Shown here in pieces: positions 49,026 to 59,693 of a DNA stretch of 64,000 bases (position 1 is its first letter; each line of letters starts with the position of its first letter). Origin of the DNA: an uncultured Planctomycetaceae bacterium (GTDB taxonomy: Bacteria; Planctomycetota; Planctomycetia; Isosphaerales; Isosphaeraceae); the NCBI GenBank assembly GCA_963833985.1, contig CAWIAD010000002.1:32001-96000 (forward strand). Reading direction: 5' to 3'. The notes beneath the pieces were generated by a model, which did not search any database, was not told the DNA's origin, and saw only the letters and a list, made by a program, of their open reading frames with translations. The translations under genes were made by a program, and so were the position numbers.

Positions 49026-51421
49026 CTATTTCAATTGCACGGTGACCTTGTGGATCTTGCCCGAGAATGGCCCGCCCGGTGCGTGGTAATCCTCGGTGAC
49101 CGGCGTCCCCTGATCGACGCCCACATCCGCACCTTCGTCGGCGGAGAAGGCAAATCCCTGGGTTCTCTCAATCCGCCCCGCGGCAACCTGCTTGCCGTTG
49201 ACCAGGATGGTGGCCGTGCCTCCCGCGCCGGGCCTGCCGCCGTCATAAGCGAATTCGAGCACGATTGTCGCCTTTCCGGCCGGCACGGCCTCGGGTGCAG
49301 CCACCGTGGAGCGCTCCAGGCCCAGGAAGTTGTAGGTGTAAGCCGGCTTGCCCTGCTTCATGTACAGGCTCCAGCCGCCGAACCGGCCCGCCTGGCAGAG
49401 CATCACACCGTCTGCACCCTGCTCGGGTATCTCCACCTCGGCCGTGATCGTATGCGATCGATTCTTGATGTTAATGAATACATTCTCCGTCATTCCGGTC
49501 ATGCCGGGGTAGACGGAGAGCGACGTGCGGCCGGCCATGAGGTCGGGACGGCCGACGAGCGCGGCGTTGATGCGCTCGATGCTGCGATCGTCAATCGGCA
49601 AGGCGTGGTTCCTGGCGGCCTCCTGCATGAACAGCTCCTGAAGCTGCTTGAGCCGGGAGGGCTCCTTCGCGGCGAGGTCGTTCACCAGGCTGAAATCGGT
49701 CCGGGTGTCGTACAGCTCCCAGACGTCGTTCTCGAGCGGGGCGCGGGGCTCGTGCGCCAGGGCAGGCGGTGCAGGGTGCCGGCCAGCCAGCCGTCCTGGT
49801 AGATGGCCCGGTTGCCGAAGATCTCGAAGTACTGGGTCGTATGCCGGCCCTTCGCCTGTGCCTCATCAAACGTGTACAGCAGGCTCACGCCCTCGATGGG
49901 GGTCTGGGGCGTGCCATTGACGGACCGTGGCTCGGGCAGGCCAGCCGCCTCCAGGATCGTGGGCGCGACGTCGATGACGTGGTGCCACTGAGTCCGCACC
50001 TCGCCTCTGGCCTTGATCCGCCCCGGCCAGTGCACCACCATGCCGTTGCGCGTGCCGCCGTAGCTGGACGCCACCTGCTTCGTCCAGGTGAAGGGCGTAT
50101 CTCCCGCCACGGCCCAGCCGGCGGCGTAATGGCCGTAGGAGTTCGGTCCGCCCAGCTCGTCGTAGTGCTTGAGGATCTCCTGCACCTGCTCGTGGACGCC
50201 GTTGAAGTAGGTCATCTCGTTGAACAGCCCGTTCATTCCCCCTTCAGCGCTCGCGCCGTTGTCGCCCAGGATGTAGAAGACCAGCGTGTTGTCAAGCTGC
50301 CCCAGGTCCTCGAGCGCTTGCACCAGCCGCCCGGCTTCATGGTCGGCAAACTCGCCATAGCCCGCGAACACCTCCATCTGCCGGGCGAAGAGCTTCTGAG
50401 CGTCGGCGCCAAGGCTGCCCCAGTCCTTGATATCCGACGGCTTGGGCGCCAGCACCGTGTCGGCGGGAACGACACCGAGCGCCTTCTGGCGGCTGAGCGT
50501 CTGCTCGCGCAGCTTGTCCCAGCCCTGGTCGAACTTGCCCTTGTACCTGTCGATCCAGACTCTCGGCACGTGGTGCGGCGCGTGGGTGGCACCCGGGGCG
50601 AAGTACAGAAAGACGGGCTTCTCCGGCGTGAGCGCTTTCACGGACCTGGTCCAGCGGATCGCCTGGTCCGTCATGTCGGTGAGGAAGTGATAGTTCGGGT
50701 CGTGCGGAGGCTCGACCGGGTTCATTCCGTCGTACAGCGAGGGCGCCCACTGGTTCGCCTCGCCGCCGATGAACCCGTAAAACTTGTCGAACCCGGAACG
50801 CGTGGGCCAGCGCGTGGTCGGGCCGGCCGTGCTCACCTCCCAGGCCGCGGTCTCGTGAGACTTGCCGAAGGCGGCCGTGGCATAGCCGTTGAGCCGCAGC
50901 ATCTCGGCCAGGGGCGCCACGCGATTGGGCCGCTGGCCGGTCTGCCCGGGGAACGCGGTCGCCGTCTCGGTGATCGAGCCCATGTTGCACATGTGGTGGT
51001 TGCGCCCCGAGAGCAGGGCGGCGCGCGTCGGTGAGCAAAGCGCCGTGGTGTGGAAATGGTTGTACCGCAGGCCGCCCCTGGCCAGGCGCTCGGCCGTGGG
51101 CGTCTGCACCGGGCCACCGAAGGCGCTGGGCTGGCCGAAACCCATGTCGTCGATGAGCACGATGAGCACGTTGGGAGCACCGGACGGAGGCTTGACCTCG
51201 AAACGCGGCGGTGCCTTCGCATCGCGGACGTCGAGCACGGTGATCGCCGGGTAGTTCGGCTCCGGGATGGGCAGCACCGTCCGGTCCAGGCCGCTGCTCG
51301 CCTCGCGATTCTTCGTCGCCGTCGGGGATGACGGGGGCGCTTCGCCACGCGCGGTCAGCCAGCCGGCCAGGGCGGAGATGCTGATCACAACCAGCAGGGA
51401 AATTGCTCGCACGGCGCGCAT
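49026..51421 (-). CDS. Arylsulfatase (CSPTR), frameshift at ~49757
   Basis: APNVLIVLIDDMGFG, TALCSPTRAALLSGRNHH, GDNGAS; resumes VWELYDTRTDFSLVNDLA into ORF 49026-49685. Confidence 0.9.
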
Positions 51422-51682
51422 CAAAACCTCGATGTGTCCCGCGACGGACCGTTGAAGTGAACAGAAAACGAGAAACGACCGCGAAGTCGCTTTGATCCTG
51501 AAACGAACGACGCCCGAAGGGCAACGCATCCTATCGTGGTCCCGGACGATTCGCAACGGCCCGGCGCCGGAAGGCCGGCGGAATCGTTCGACGAGCCGAC
51601 ACGCCGGCACCGCCGGTCCCAGTGCTGCCGGCACCGTGATCGAGATCGCCGCGGCCGAGGCACCGCGGCGCACCGCGGGTAC

Positions 51683-53359
51683 TTACTTCACGAACGCCAG
51701 GCCCGGATCCTCGGGGCCGTCGCCCACCACCCGGAAGGTCATGTGCGTGGGGTCTTTCCAGTCGACGCGGCCCACGAGCACGGGGCCCTTGTCCTGGGCC
51801 AGCGTGAGCAAGCCCTGGCCGAAGGTAGACTTGCCCTGGAAACTCTGCGTCTGGCCGTTCTTGGTGACCTGCCAGGTGAAGTCGCCGCCCGGCTGGATGG
51901 AGAGCCCGATGGAGGTGCCCGATGCCGGCTGGGCGGTCCAGGTGCCGCCGATCTCGGCCCCGGCCGGCGGTGCGCTCGGGGGTGAGACAGCGGCAGCTTC
52001 AGACGGGGACGTGGTTGCGACCGCCCCTTCCGTGGAAGGGGCAAGCTGCCGCAGCAGCCTGGCCGAGAGCGCGTCGCTGGGCTTGATGGCCACCACCTGC
52101 TTGAGGATGGCCACCGCGGCCTCCACGTGGCCCTGCGTCAGGTAATGGTAGGCCAGGACGAACCGGGCCGAGGCCGAGTCGCCGTGCGACTGGCAGTAGC
52201 CTTCCAGTTCGCGCAACTGAGCCGTGTAGGTCTCGATGCCGGGGTAGAGGCCGATGAGCGTGGTCCAGTCCCAGCCCGGGCCGACGGAAAGCACGGCGTA
52301 AAGCGCCACCGCCGATTCGTCATAGCGCTTCAGCGCGAACAGGCAGAGGGCCCGGAACTCGTGCAGCGTGGTGTCGTTGGGCAGCCTGGTCAAGGCGGCG
52401 TCGGCCTGCTGGAGAGCGTCGGTGTAGGCACCCTGCTGGAACGACGCGCGGCCGGCGTCGAAGAGTGCCTCGGCCGGGTTCGCCACGGATTCATCGGCCA
52501 CGGCCGTGGTCGTATCGATTGGCTGAGAATAGTTGTAGGGCGCGGACATCGCCACCGCGCCGCCTCCCCCGTAATAGTCGTTGTAGTACGGGTTGGAGTA
52601 TGGCATGTAGCCCATGCCGTACAGCGACGAGCCGTAGCCCCACGAGCTCAGGCCGTAGCCCAGACCGAGCCCCATTCCCATGCCCAATCCCCAGCCGCCG
52701 TAGCCCCAGCCGCCGTAGCCCCAGCCGCCCCAGTAGGGGTTGCGCCAGCCCCAGGCGGCCGAGTTGTGCCCGTCCCAGTAGCCGTGCACCCAGCCGTTGT
52801 GATATCCGCCATAGGCGTTGAAGCCATTGGGCCGGAAGGCCGTGGCCCCGTACGCCCGGCCGGCGTAGCCGCCGGCTCCGGAGACAGCGCCCAGGTTCGA
52901 GCGGCCAGCAACGGCGTTACCGCCGGGTCCCATCGCCCCGCCCACGCGGCCGACATCGCCGAATGACCGGCCCGCGGCTCCGGCCGCCCCATAGTTCACG
53001 TTGCCTCCGCGCGGAGTGGCATAGGAACCCGACCGGGCGCCGTAGTTGATCTGTCCCCCGCGCATCCCTTCGTAGGCACCGCGGTTGCCGTATCCCGCAC
53101 CCCCGCCGTAGCCGCCGTAGGACCGCCCCGCACTGAATGAAGGCGTGCGGCCGAACGATCCCATGCCGCCATAGCCGCCCCGGAAGCCGCCGCCTCCGTA
53201 ACCGGGACGGAATCCACCGCCACCGCCTCCACCACCGCGAAAGCCTCCGCCACCGCGAAAACCGCCACCTCCGCCAAAGCCATGCGCCCACACCGGACTC
53301 GCGGCCGGGGAAAACGCCAGAATCGCGACGGCCGTGACGAGCGAAGACGTGCGAATCAT
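51683..53359 (-). CDS. Secreted Gly/Tyr/Trp-rich low-complexity TPR protein (copy B)
   Basis: Same architecture as 41371-43221: YNYSQPI, GPGWDWTTLIGLY, ARFVLAYHYLTQGH, DPGLAFVK. Confidence 0.85.
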   Translation of the reverse strand: MIRTSSLVTAVAILAFSPAASPVWAHGFGGGGGFRGGGGFRGGGGGGGGFRPGYGGGGFRGGYGGMGSFGRTPSFSAGRSYGGYGGGAGYGNRGAYEGMRGGQINYGARSGSYATPRGGNVNYGAAGAAGRSFGDVGRVGGAMGPGGNAVAGRSNLGAVSGAGGYAGRAYGATAFRPNGFNAYGGYHNGWVHGYWDGHNSAAWGWRNPYWGGWGYGGWGYGGWGLGMGMGLGLGYGLSSWGYGSSLYGMGYMPYSNPYYNDYYGGGGAVAMSAPYNYSQPIDTTTAVADESVANPAEALFDAGRASFQQGAYTDALQQADAALTRLPNDTTLHEFRALCLFALKRYDESAVALYAVLSVGPGWDWTTLIGLYPGIETYTAQLRELEGYCQSHGDSASARFVLAYHYLTQGHVEAAVAILKQVVAIKPSDALSARLLRQLAPSTEGAVATTSPSEAAAVSPPSAPPAGAEIGGTWTAQPASGTSIGLSIQPGGDFTWQVTKNGQTQSFQGKSTFGQGLLTLAQDKGPVLVGRVDWKDPTHMTFRVVGDGPEDPGLAFVK

Positions 53360-54354
53360 CGGGGGTTCCTCGTCTCTGGAGTGGTCGGGGAAACGGCGCG
53401 CGCGCCGGCGCCGGGAACTTGCGGGGACGGAGGCACGCGCACCATCGCGTACGTCCGGTCCTGGGGAACGCTCTCGCCGCCCACAACCCGGTTCACCGCC
53501 TCCCAGCGTACCAGGTCGGGCCGCTCGCGAGACACGATATGCGTGGCCGAAGCGGTCATGCCTTCGGGACGGACCCCGGAGTGCTTGATCACCCAGCGCT
53601 CGCCGTCGCGGCTCCAGACGCCCTGGCCATAGCCCCCCTCGGAATCAAACTCCCAGGAATGGAACTGCCGGGCCAGCGGATCCCAGCCAACTCGCTGGTG
53701 TATGGTCAGCACGGGCCTCCCCTGCACCCGCACGGTGAATGTGCGGATCAAGAAGTTCCCATCGTCCGACCACTTGCAGGCGACGCGCACATGCGAGTCG
53801 GGGCCCTCATCGACCCACTCGCCGATCATCCATTCCAGGTCCTTGAGACGCTCGTGGGGTGGCAGGCTCGGCTCGGTCTCCTCGCGGATGCTCGAGATCA
53901 GCCAGCGGCCGTCGCGCTGGACCAGTAGCGCGCTGTGCCTGCGGTGCACCGGCGCGCCTTTGGCGGGCGTGACCACCGTCTCTCCCTCAGCCTTGGCCAC
54001 GTCGGGGCTTAGCAAGCGGATTGCCTCGGTCCGGATCTGCAATTTCACTCCCGGGCTGGCGGCGAAGGTCTCGGCCAGCCGCTGGGAGATCAGCTCGTGG
54101 CCGGCATAGCGCGTACCGTCTTCCTCGATCACCTCCGCGTCCGGCGTGAACAGGGCCACCAGGGCCCTGGTGTCCCCCTTGTCGTAACCGCGGACGAACG
54201 CGGCATCGGCCTCGCGAATCGCTTTTTCCTCGGGCGAGGCAACGGAGCCAGGCGCCGGGCCGCCACCTGGCGCCAGGGACGTCCTTTGATCCTGCGCCAT
54301 GGCAAGACCCGCGCCGGCCAGGACGAGCATGGTCCCGCAGAGCATCGTTCTCAT
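53356..54354 (-). CDS. Secreted NTF2-like SgcJ/EcaC (DUF4440) protein (copy B)
   Basis: HERLKDLEWMIGEW, QRVGWDP..QFHSWEFDSEGG; stop overlaps the TPR gene start (ATGA). Confidence 0.85.
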   Translation of the reverse strand: MRTMLCGTMLVLAGAGLAMAQDQRTSLAPGGGPAPGSVASPEEKAIREADAAFVRGYDKGDTRALVALFTPDAEVIEEDGTRYAGHELISQRLAETFAASPGVKLQIRTEAIRLLSPDVAKAEGETVVTPAKGAPVHRRHSALLVQRDGRWLISSIREETEPSLPPHERLKDLEWMIGEWVDEGPDSHVRVACKWSDDGNFLIRTFTVRVQGRPVLTIHQRVGWDPLARQFHSWEFDSEGGYGQGVWSRDGERWVIKHSGVRPEGMTASATHIVSRERPDLVRWEAVNRVVGGESVPQDRTYAMVRVPPSPQVPGAGARAVSPTTPETRNPR

Positions 54355-54559
54355 GGTCGTGCACCCTCGAGTCTCGTGGAGAACCCTCTTTGAAGACGAT
54401 AGCACGTCAGCGATGCGTAAGAAATGGGCCGCTTGACGAGACCCGGCGGCTTCCCGAGAGATCGCACCGGCAGGTGACTTGTTCGGGTCCCCGGGCCGCG
54501 CGACAATGTCTACTGGTGCCGCGCGCGCGGCACCAGGGCCTACCCCGGCGGAGCAGCAC

Positions 54560-54967
54560 ATGGCCATCGCCTGGCATCACGAGTCGATGACGACCGGCGT
54601 CCCCGAGATCGACGAGCAGCACAAGGAGCTGCTGCGCCGCTTCAATGACTTCCACGAGGCCGTGAAGAACCACCACGGCAAGGAAGCAGTCGAGCGCACG
54701 CTCAGCTTCCTGACCTCGTACACGATCACGCACTTCAGTGCGGAAGAAGCCTGCATGAACCGCCTGCGCTGCCCGGCCGCCCAGGCCAACAAGGCCGCGC
54801 ACGACACGCTCCGGAGCGAGATCGCAACCATCAAATCGCGCATCGCAACGGGCGGAATCCAGAGCCTCGACGTCGTTCAGCTCGAGAAGATCCTCGGCGA
54901 CTGGCTGCGCAACCATATTTGCACGGTCGACGTCCAGTTGCGGCAGTGCGCGGGCTCACCACAGTGA
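54560..54967 (+). CDS. Bacteriohemerythrin
   Basis: TGVPEIDEQHKEL, HFSAEE, WLRNHICTVD. Confidence 0.9.
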   Translation: MAIAWHHESMTTGVPEIDEQHKELLRRFNDFHEAVKNHHGKEAVERTLSFLTSYTITHFSAEEACMNRLRCPAAQANKAAHDTLRSEIATIKSRIATGGIQSLDVVQLEKILGDWLRNHICTVDVQLRQCAGSPQ

Positions 54968-55049
54968 CAATCGGCAAGTATGGTCTTGATCCGAGCGTCA
55001 TCCTCCGGCCAGCCTCGCGTGGATACCGTCGTCCCTCAAGGAACACGAA

Positions 55050-55529
55050 ATGCGCTGGAATCCCCACCTGTCCTTCAACGGCCAGTGCGAGACCGCCTTC
55101 AGGTTCTACGAGAAGTGCCTGGGTGGCAGGATCGACATGATGCTGTCATTCGGAGATTCTCCCATGGCCGGGGAAACGCCGGATGACTGGCACGGCAAGA
55201 TCCTTCACGCCACGTTCACACTGGGCGAGCAGGTGCTCACGGGCGGGGATGAACGCCCGGAACGCTATGAGCCACCGCGCGGCTTTTCGATCTTGCTGAA
55301 CCTCGCCGCAGCCGATGAAGCCGAGCGAATCTTCGCGCTGCTCGCGGCAGACGGCAAGGTGCAAATGCCGGTCCGGAAGACCTTCTGGGCAGAGCGATTC
55401 GGCATGCTGGTGGACCGGTTCGGCATCCCCTGGATGATCAACTGCGGGAACCCGGCGTGGCGCCTTGCCGCGGGGAGGCTCTGGAAGGCAAAGGTGCGTC
55501 ACGCGGAGCCGGGCTCACAGGCGGGGTGA
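55050..55529 (+). CDS. VOC/PhnB-family protein
   Basis: PHLSFNGQCETAFRFY, ILHA, TFWAERFGMLVDRFGIPWMIN. Confidence 0.92.
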   Translation: MRWNPHLSFNGQCETAFRFYEKCLGGRIDMMLSFGDSPMAGETPDDWHGKILHATFTLGEQVLTGGDERPERYEPPRGFSILLNLAAADEAERIFALLAADGKVQMPVRKTFWAERFGMLVDRFGIPWMINCGNPAWRLAAGRLWKAKVRHAEPGSQAG

Positions 55530-57524
55530 GCAGGCCGTCGCCATGGTGCTGATCACATCGATGCTCGGCGGCGTCGACTGCCTCAAGGGCTGTGGCGACC
55601 AGGACGGCAGGTCGCACAGACCGCCGCCAAAGAACATGTGATGCCAGAGCTGGGTGGTCACCACGCAGGTGAGGCTCAGGTCCATGATGATCCGCTTGGG
55701 AGTGATGCGCGGCATGCGCACCAGGCTGCGGCGCTCGCGGGCCACGTTCTCGGCGTCGAAGTATCCGGTCTGCTCCAGCGACTCGCGCGACAGGAGCTGG
55801 TCGACCCACTGCGGCCGGCTCCGGTCCAGGAACGCCTCCGACCGGCTGGCCCGGAACATCGTCTTGGGACGGCTGGCGATGTGCGCAGGCAAGGTCCGCG
55901 CGGCGACCTTCCGCAGCAGCCACTTGTCGGTGAGCCGGTGCAGCTTGTACTCCGGCGCGATCGACGCGGCGAACGCGATCACGTCGTCGTCCAGCAGCGG
56001 ATAGCGCGCCTCCACCGAGGAATTCATGGCCACCCGGTCGCCCTTGGCGTTCAGTAAGAGCCCGGCCAGCATCACCTTGTAGCCGACGTACAGCGACTGG
56101 TTCAAAGGGGCCCACTTGCGGAACCGGTCGTGCTGGATGCCCATGTCGTCGTACGCCGAGTGGCCGCCGAGCTGGTTCCACATGTCCCTGGAGTAGAGAT
56201 AGCTACGCCCCTGCGCCAGCAGGTCGTAAATATCTTGCTGGGCCGTGCGCACGCCCTGGATCGGGAACCGGTCCGGCAGGTGGGACCGGTCGCCTCCCAT
56301 CAACCCCAGCACCGCGCCGCGGATGGCGGCAGGAATCGTCGGGCCGAACCGGCGGTGCAGGATGCCGCGGATCTTCTGGGTCTTGAACCAGGCGTAGCCG
56401 GCCAGAGCCTCGTCGGCCCCTTCGCCCGTCAACACCACCTTGTAGCCTTGCTGGTGCACGGCGCCGGCGAGGCGCATCAGGCAGGCACAGGCCGAGTCCA
56501 TCACGGGCCCCTCGGCCGCGCGGATCAGCTCCGGGTAGGCCTGGACGATGTCCGCCCGGTTCAGCGTCACGGTCGTCAGCCGCGAGCCCAGCGTCGCCGC
56601 GGATTCGGCCGCGTGCGAGCGCTCGTCCGGCCCGGCCCGATCCAGGCCAATGGTGAACGACGGCACCGCGTAGCCGCGCTCACGCGAGCTCAATCCCAGC
56701 ACCACCGTGGAATCGAGCCCGCCGCTGATGTAGCTCACTACCGGCTCGTCCCCGCGCAGCCGGCGCTCCACCGACAGCCGCATCAGGTGCTCCAGCTCAT
56801 CGACCAGCGGCGTCGGGTCCGCCAGCCTGCGCTCGTCACCCGCATCCGGGAAATCCAGGTCCCAGTACTGCTTGAGCTGCACGCGGCCGTCGCGCACCAG
56901 CAGGTAATGCCCGGGCGGGATCATCTTGATCCCCTCGAAGAACGTCCGGCTCGTCCCCGCGCAGAAGGTGTTGAAGAAGAGGTCGATCCCCTTGCGGTCC
57001 GGCCGGGCCTCCACCATTCGCGAGGCCAGAAGGGCCTTGATCTCCGAGCCCCAGAGCAGCCAGCCGTCCACCTCGGCATAATGCAGCGGACAGATGCCGA
57101 CCCGGTCGCGGCCCAGGATCAACGAGCGCGTCTTGCGGTCCCAGAGCGCCACGGCGAACTGGCCCCGCGTCTTCGCGAACATCCCCTCGCGCAGGTCCTC
57201 GTAGAGGTGCACCCAGAGCTCGGTATCGCAGCGCGTCGACAGCGTGTGGCCGCGCGCGAGCAGTTCCTGCTGGAGCTCCGGATACTCGAAGATCTCGCCG
57301 TTCTGCGTCACCCACACCGAGCCGTCCTCGTTGCACAGGGGCTGGCGGCCGCCGGAGAGATCAACAATCGACAGCCGGCGCGCGCCTAAGGCCAGCCCCG
57401 GCTCAATGTGAATGTGCTCGTCGTCCGGTCCGCGGTGAGTGATCGCGCCGGTCATCGCCAGCAGCCGGGATGCGGGAAACTCGCGCTGCGCTCGAAGATC
57501 AATCGCGCCGGCAATACCACACAT
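55515..57524 (-). CDS. asnB: Asparagine synthase (glutamine-hydrolysing) family amidotransferase
   Basis: MCGIAG start, HRGPD, RRLSIVDL, NGEI, SGGLDS, TGEGADE, SVEARYP. Confidence 0.93.
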   Translation of the reverse strand: MCGIAGAIDLRAQREFPASRLLAMTGAITHRGPDDEHIHIEPGLALGARRLSIVDLSGGRQPLCNEDGSVWVTQNGEIFEYPELQQELLARGHTLSTRCDTELWVHLYEDLREGMFAKTRGQFAVALWDRKTRSLILGRDRVGICPLHYAEVDGWLLWGSEIKALLASRMVEARPDRKGIDLFFNTFCAGTSRTFFEGIKMIPPGHYLLVRDGRVQLKQYWDLDFPDAGDERRLADPTPLVDELEHLMRLSVERRLRGDEPVVSYISGGLDSTVVLGLSSRERGYAVPSFTIGLDRAGPDERSHAAESAATLGSRLTTVTLNRADIVQAYPELIRAAEGPVMDSACACLMRLAGAVHQQGYKVVLTGEGADEALAGYAWFKTQKIRGILHRRFGPTIPAAIRGAVLGLMGGDRSHLPDRFPIQGVRTAQQDIYDLLAQGRSYLYSRDMWNQLGGHSAYDDMGIQHDRFRKWAPLNQSLYVGYKVMLAGLLLNAKGDRVAMNSSVEARYPLLDDDVIAFAASIAPEYKLHRLTDKWLLRKVAARTLPAHIASRPKTMFRASRSEAFLDRSRPQWVDQLLSRESLEQTGYFDAENVARERRSLVRMPRITPKRIIMDLSLTCVVTTQLWHHMFFGGGLCDLPSWSPQPLRQSTPPSIDVISTMATACSPRL

Positions 57525-57760
57525 GAGTTCTTCTCTCCAGCCGTCGTCACCCAACCCGGTCTGATCCGCTCCAGGCACACGCCACGCGAGGCCGCTGTCC
57601 TGAGAACCACACAAATATAACATGCAAGACCGAGCGAGGTCGAATGCTGGAAGGCTGGGGCGAGTTTGCGGGTGATAAGGTCGGGGCAGGGTGCCACCTG
57701 ACCCTCGGCTGGTGAGCCCGTCCCGCCGGCTCGGCCCATGGTCCGGGGCCATCGAGCCGC

Positions 57761-58585
57761 TCAGCGATAGGACTCGTAGGGGCCCGGCATCCAGCCTTGC
57801 TGGTGCTCGTTCATGGCCTTGACGTACTGTGCCTGGTCGTAGAACAGAAAGGCCACCACGATCCCGGTCAATGCACCGCCGACGTGGGCCAGGTAGGCGA
57901 CCCCGCCCGATTCGCCGAGCTTTCGGAACGATCCCGCGCCCAGATACACCTGAAGCAGGATCCAGCCGCCAATGACCACCACGGCCGGCAGCACGGTGAT
58001 GAACCGGAACAGCAGCACGCGAATCTGATAATGCGGGAACCAGATCACGTAAGCGCCCATGATGCCCGCGATGGCGCCTGAGGCCCCCAGCGTGGGGATG
58101 ATCGAATCCGGCGCGACGGCAATCTGAGCCAGAGAGCCAACCAGGCCGCAGGCCAGGTAGACGATGAGGTAGCGGATCGAGCCGAGCACCTCCTCGACGT
58201 TGTCGCCCACAATCCACAGGTAGAGCATGTTGCCGATCAGATGCATCGGACTGCCGTGCAGGAACATGGCGGTGAAGAGGGTCAGCCAGACCGGAATGGG
58301 GCTCGGCGCATGCGGGATCTGCGGCGCGGGACGCTCCACCTCGATCACCCGGCGGCCGAACGGATCACGCGGATCGATGACGTGCACCACGGCGGGCTTG
58401 TTGCGCACAGGAACTTCGAGGTCCGTGTTGTGGGTCACTTCCCACGGCGTGCAGGCGAACGCCATCGTGAACTGTTCGCCCTGCTGGAACTGGACGAGAT
58501 AAACCAGGGTGTTGATCGCGATCAGGGCGTACGTGACGAACGGAGTGATATTCGTGCGCTGGAGGTCGCCGAGAGGAAGAACCAT
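57761..58585 (-). CDS. Rhomboid intramembrane serine protease
   Basis: MFLHGSPMHLIGNMLYLW..GDNVE, GASGAIAG, AHVGG. Confidence 0.93.
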   Translation of the reverse strand: MVLPLGDLQRTNITPFVTYALIAINTLVYLVQFQQGEQFTMAFACTPWEVTHNTDLEVPVRNKPAVVHVIDPRDPFGRRVIEVERPAPQIPHAPSPIPVWLTLFTAMFLHGSPMHLIGNMLYLWIVGDNVEEVLGSIRYLIVYLACGLVGSLAQIAVAPDSIIPTLGASGAIAGIMGAYVIWFPHYQIRVLLFRFITVLPAVVVIGGWILLQVYLGAGSFRKLGESGGVAYLAHVGGALTGIVVAFLFYDQAQYVKAMNEHQQGWMPGPYESYR

Positions 58586-58785
58586 GCCCGTGCACTCGCG
58601 TCAAGCGCGGAAACGTCCAGCCCGGCGAGTGTGCCCTGCGCCGCGCGACCCGGCCTGAACCGTCGGCCTATTCTACCTCAAGCGGCCAGAGGCGACATGG
58701 CGCGTTCGCCGGCCCGCTCCTTTTCCGCGGAGTCGGGTTCGCTGTGCCCTCAGAGTGAGCAACCGCGCAGCGCACGCAGGCAGAA

Positions 58786-59325
58786 TCAACCGGCCCACAT
58801 CGCCCGTACCGCGCCCGGGCCAGGGCTGTCGGACTCCAGCTTTTCCCATTCCCTGCGCACCCGCGAAAGGCCGAACGCGCAGAGCTCGAACTCCTCGCTG
58901 AGGCGTCGCAGCACATCGCCCTGCCTGCCCGTGCTGCTCAGCGTGCTGGCAAGATAATACGAGCGTTTGCCTTGCTGCTGGTAGCGGATCAGGCAGTCGG
59001 GCGACTGTGCATCCTGAAGCTTGCCGAGTGCTTCGGGATAGAGTCCCGTCCAGAACAGGGTGTAATCTCCGACATGGCGGTGGCATTCCCTGCGCCGCAG
59101 ATCATCGTCGGCCGCCTCGGCCTCGGCGACCATGCGGGTCACCTGGACGATCGGCCGCCCGTCCCGGTCGCGCAGCCGCCACACGGCCGCGCTCGGAACA
59201 AAGCTCGCGAGCAAGCCGGCCACATAGCCGACCAGGGGCGGATCTCCAATCCCCAGTTCGGACATGAATGTCGATTCGGTCAACCCGCGAAACAGCCGGT
59301 GCAGTGGGTGAGATTCGGGAATCAT
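58786..59325 (-). CDS. Hypothetical protein
   Basis: HPLHRLF..L.E..F, HRHVGDYTLFWTGLYPE, GKRSYYLAS; coding-like codon bias. Confidence 0.78.
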   Translation of the reverse strand: MIPESHPLHRLFRGLTESTFMSELGIGDPPLVGYVAGLLASFVPSAAVWRLRDRDGRPIVQVTRMVAEAEAADDDLRRRECHRHVGDYTLFWTGLYPEALGKLQDAQSPDCLIRYQQQGKRSYYLASTLSSTGRQGDVLRRLSEEFELCAFGLSRVRREWEKLESDSPGPGAVRAMWAG

Positions 59326-59693
59326 ACGTGTTCCATCCATACTGGCAGTCCTTGCCCCAAAGGACGATCCTGGTCAACGAATCCCAGGCGGCAGCAGTCC
59401 CGAACACGGAGACATGCGGGGCGTGCGATACGTCCCGCGGAGAGGTCTATGCAAAATCCAGACCAAACTCATGCGGTGGGACTGAAAGAACGACCCGCTG
59501 CACACAGTATAGAACCCCGTCTCATCCGCAACGACCCCTTCCGACGATTCCGCGCTGCCATGCCGGTATGATCCCAGCCTCAGCGCGGCGTCCAGGAATC
59601 GTGACCCGCCCGCTGTATTTCCCGGCTTGCGCATTGTCTTCTGCGTTGACTCACGCCAGAAGCGCCGGTGGAAGCCGGACCAGCTTGCAACCC

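Noticed and set aside
55515..57524. AsnB as a lasso peptide cyclase
   Set aside because: It has an intact N-terminal Cys glutaminase domain, and no B1/B2 protein or precursor is adjacent.
57525..58217. 900-aa extended AsnB and other long N-terminal extensions in the ORF track
   Set aside because: True starts are defined by family motifs and RBS (MCGIAG at 57524); the extensions overlap other genes.
59340..59690. Possible ncRNA or riboswitch upstream of the hypothetical gene
   Set aside because: No recognisable family consensus by eye; an Rfam/Infernal scan would be needed.
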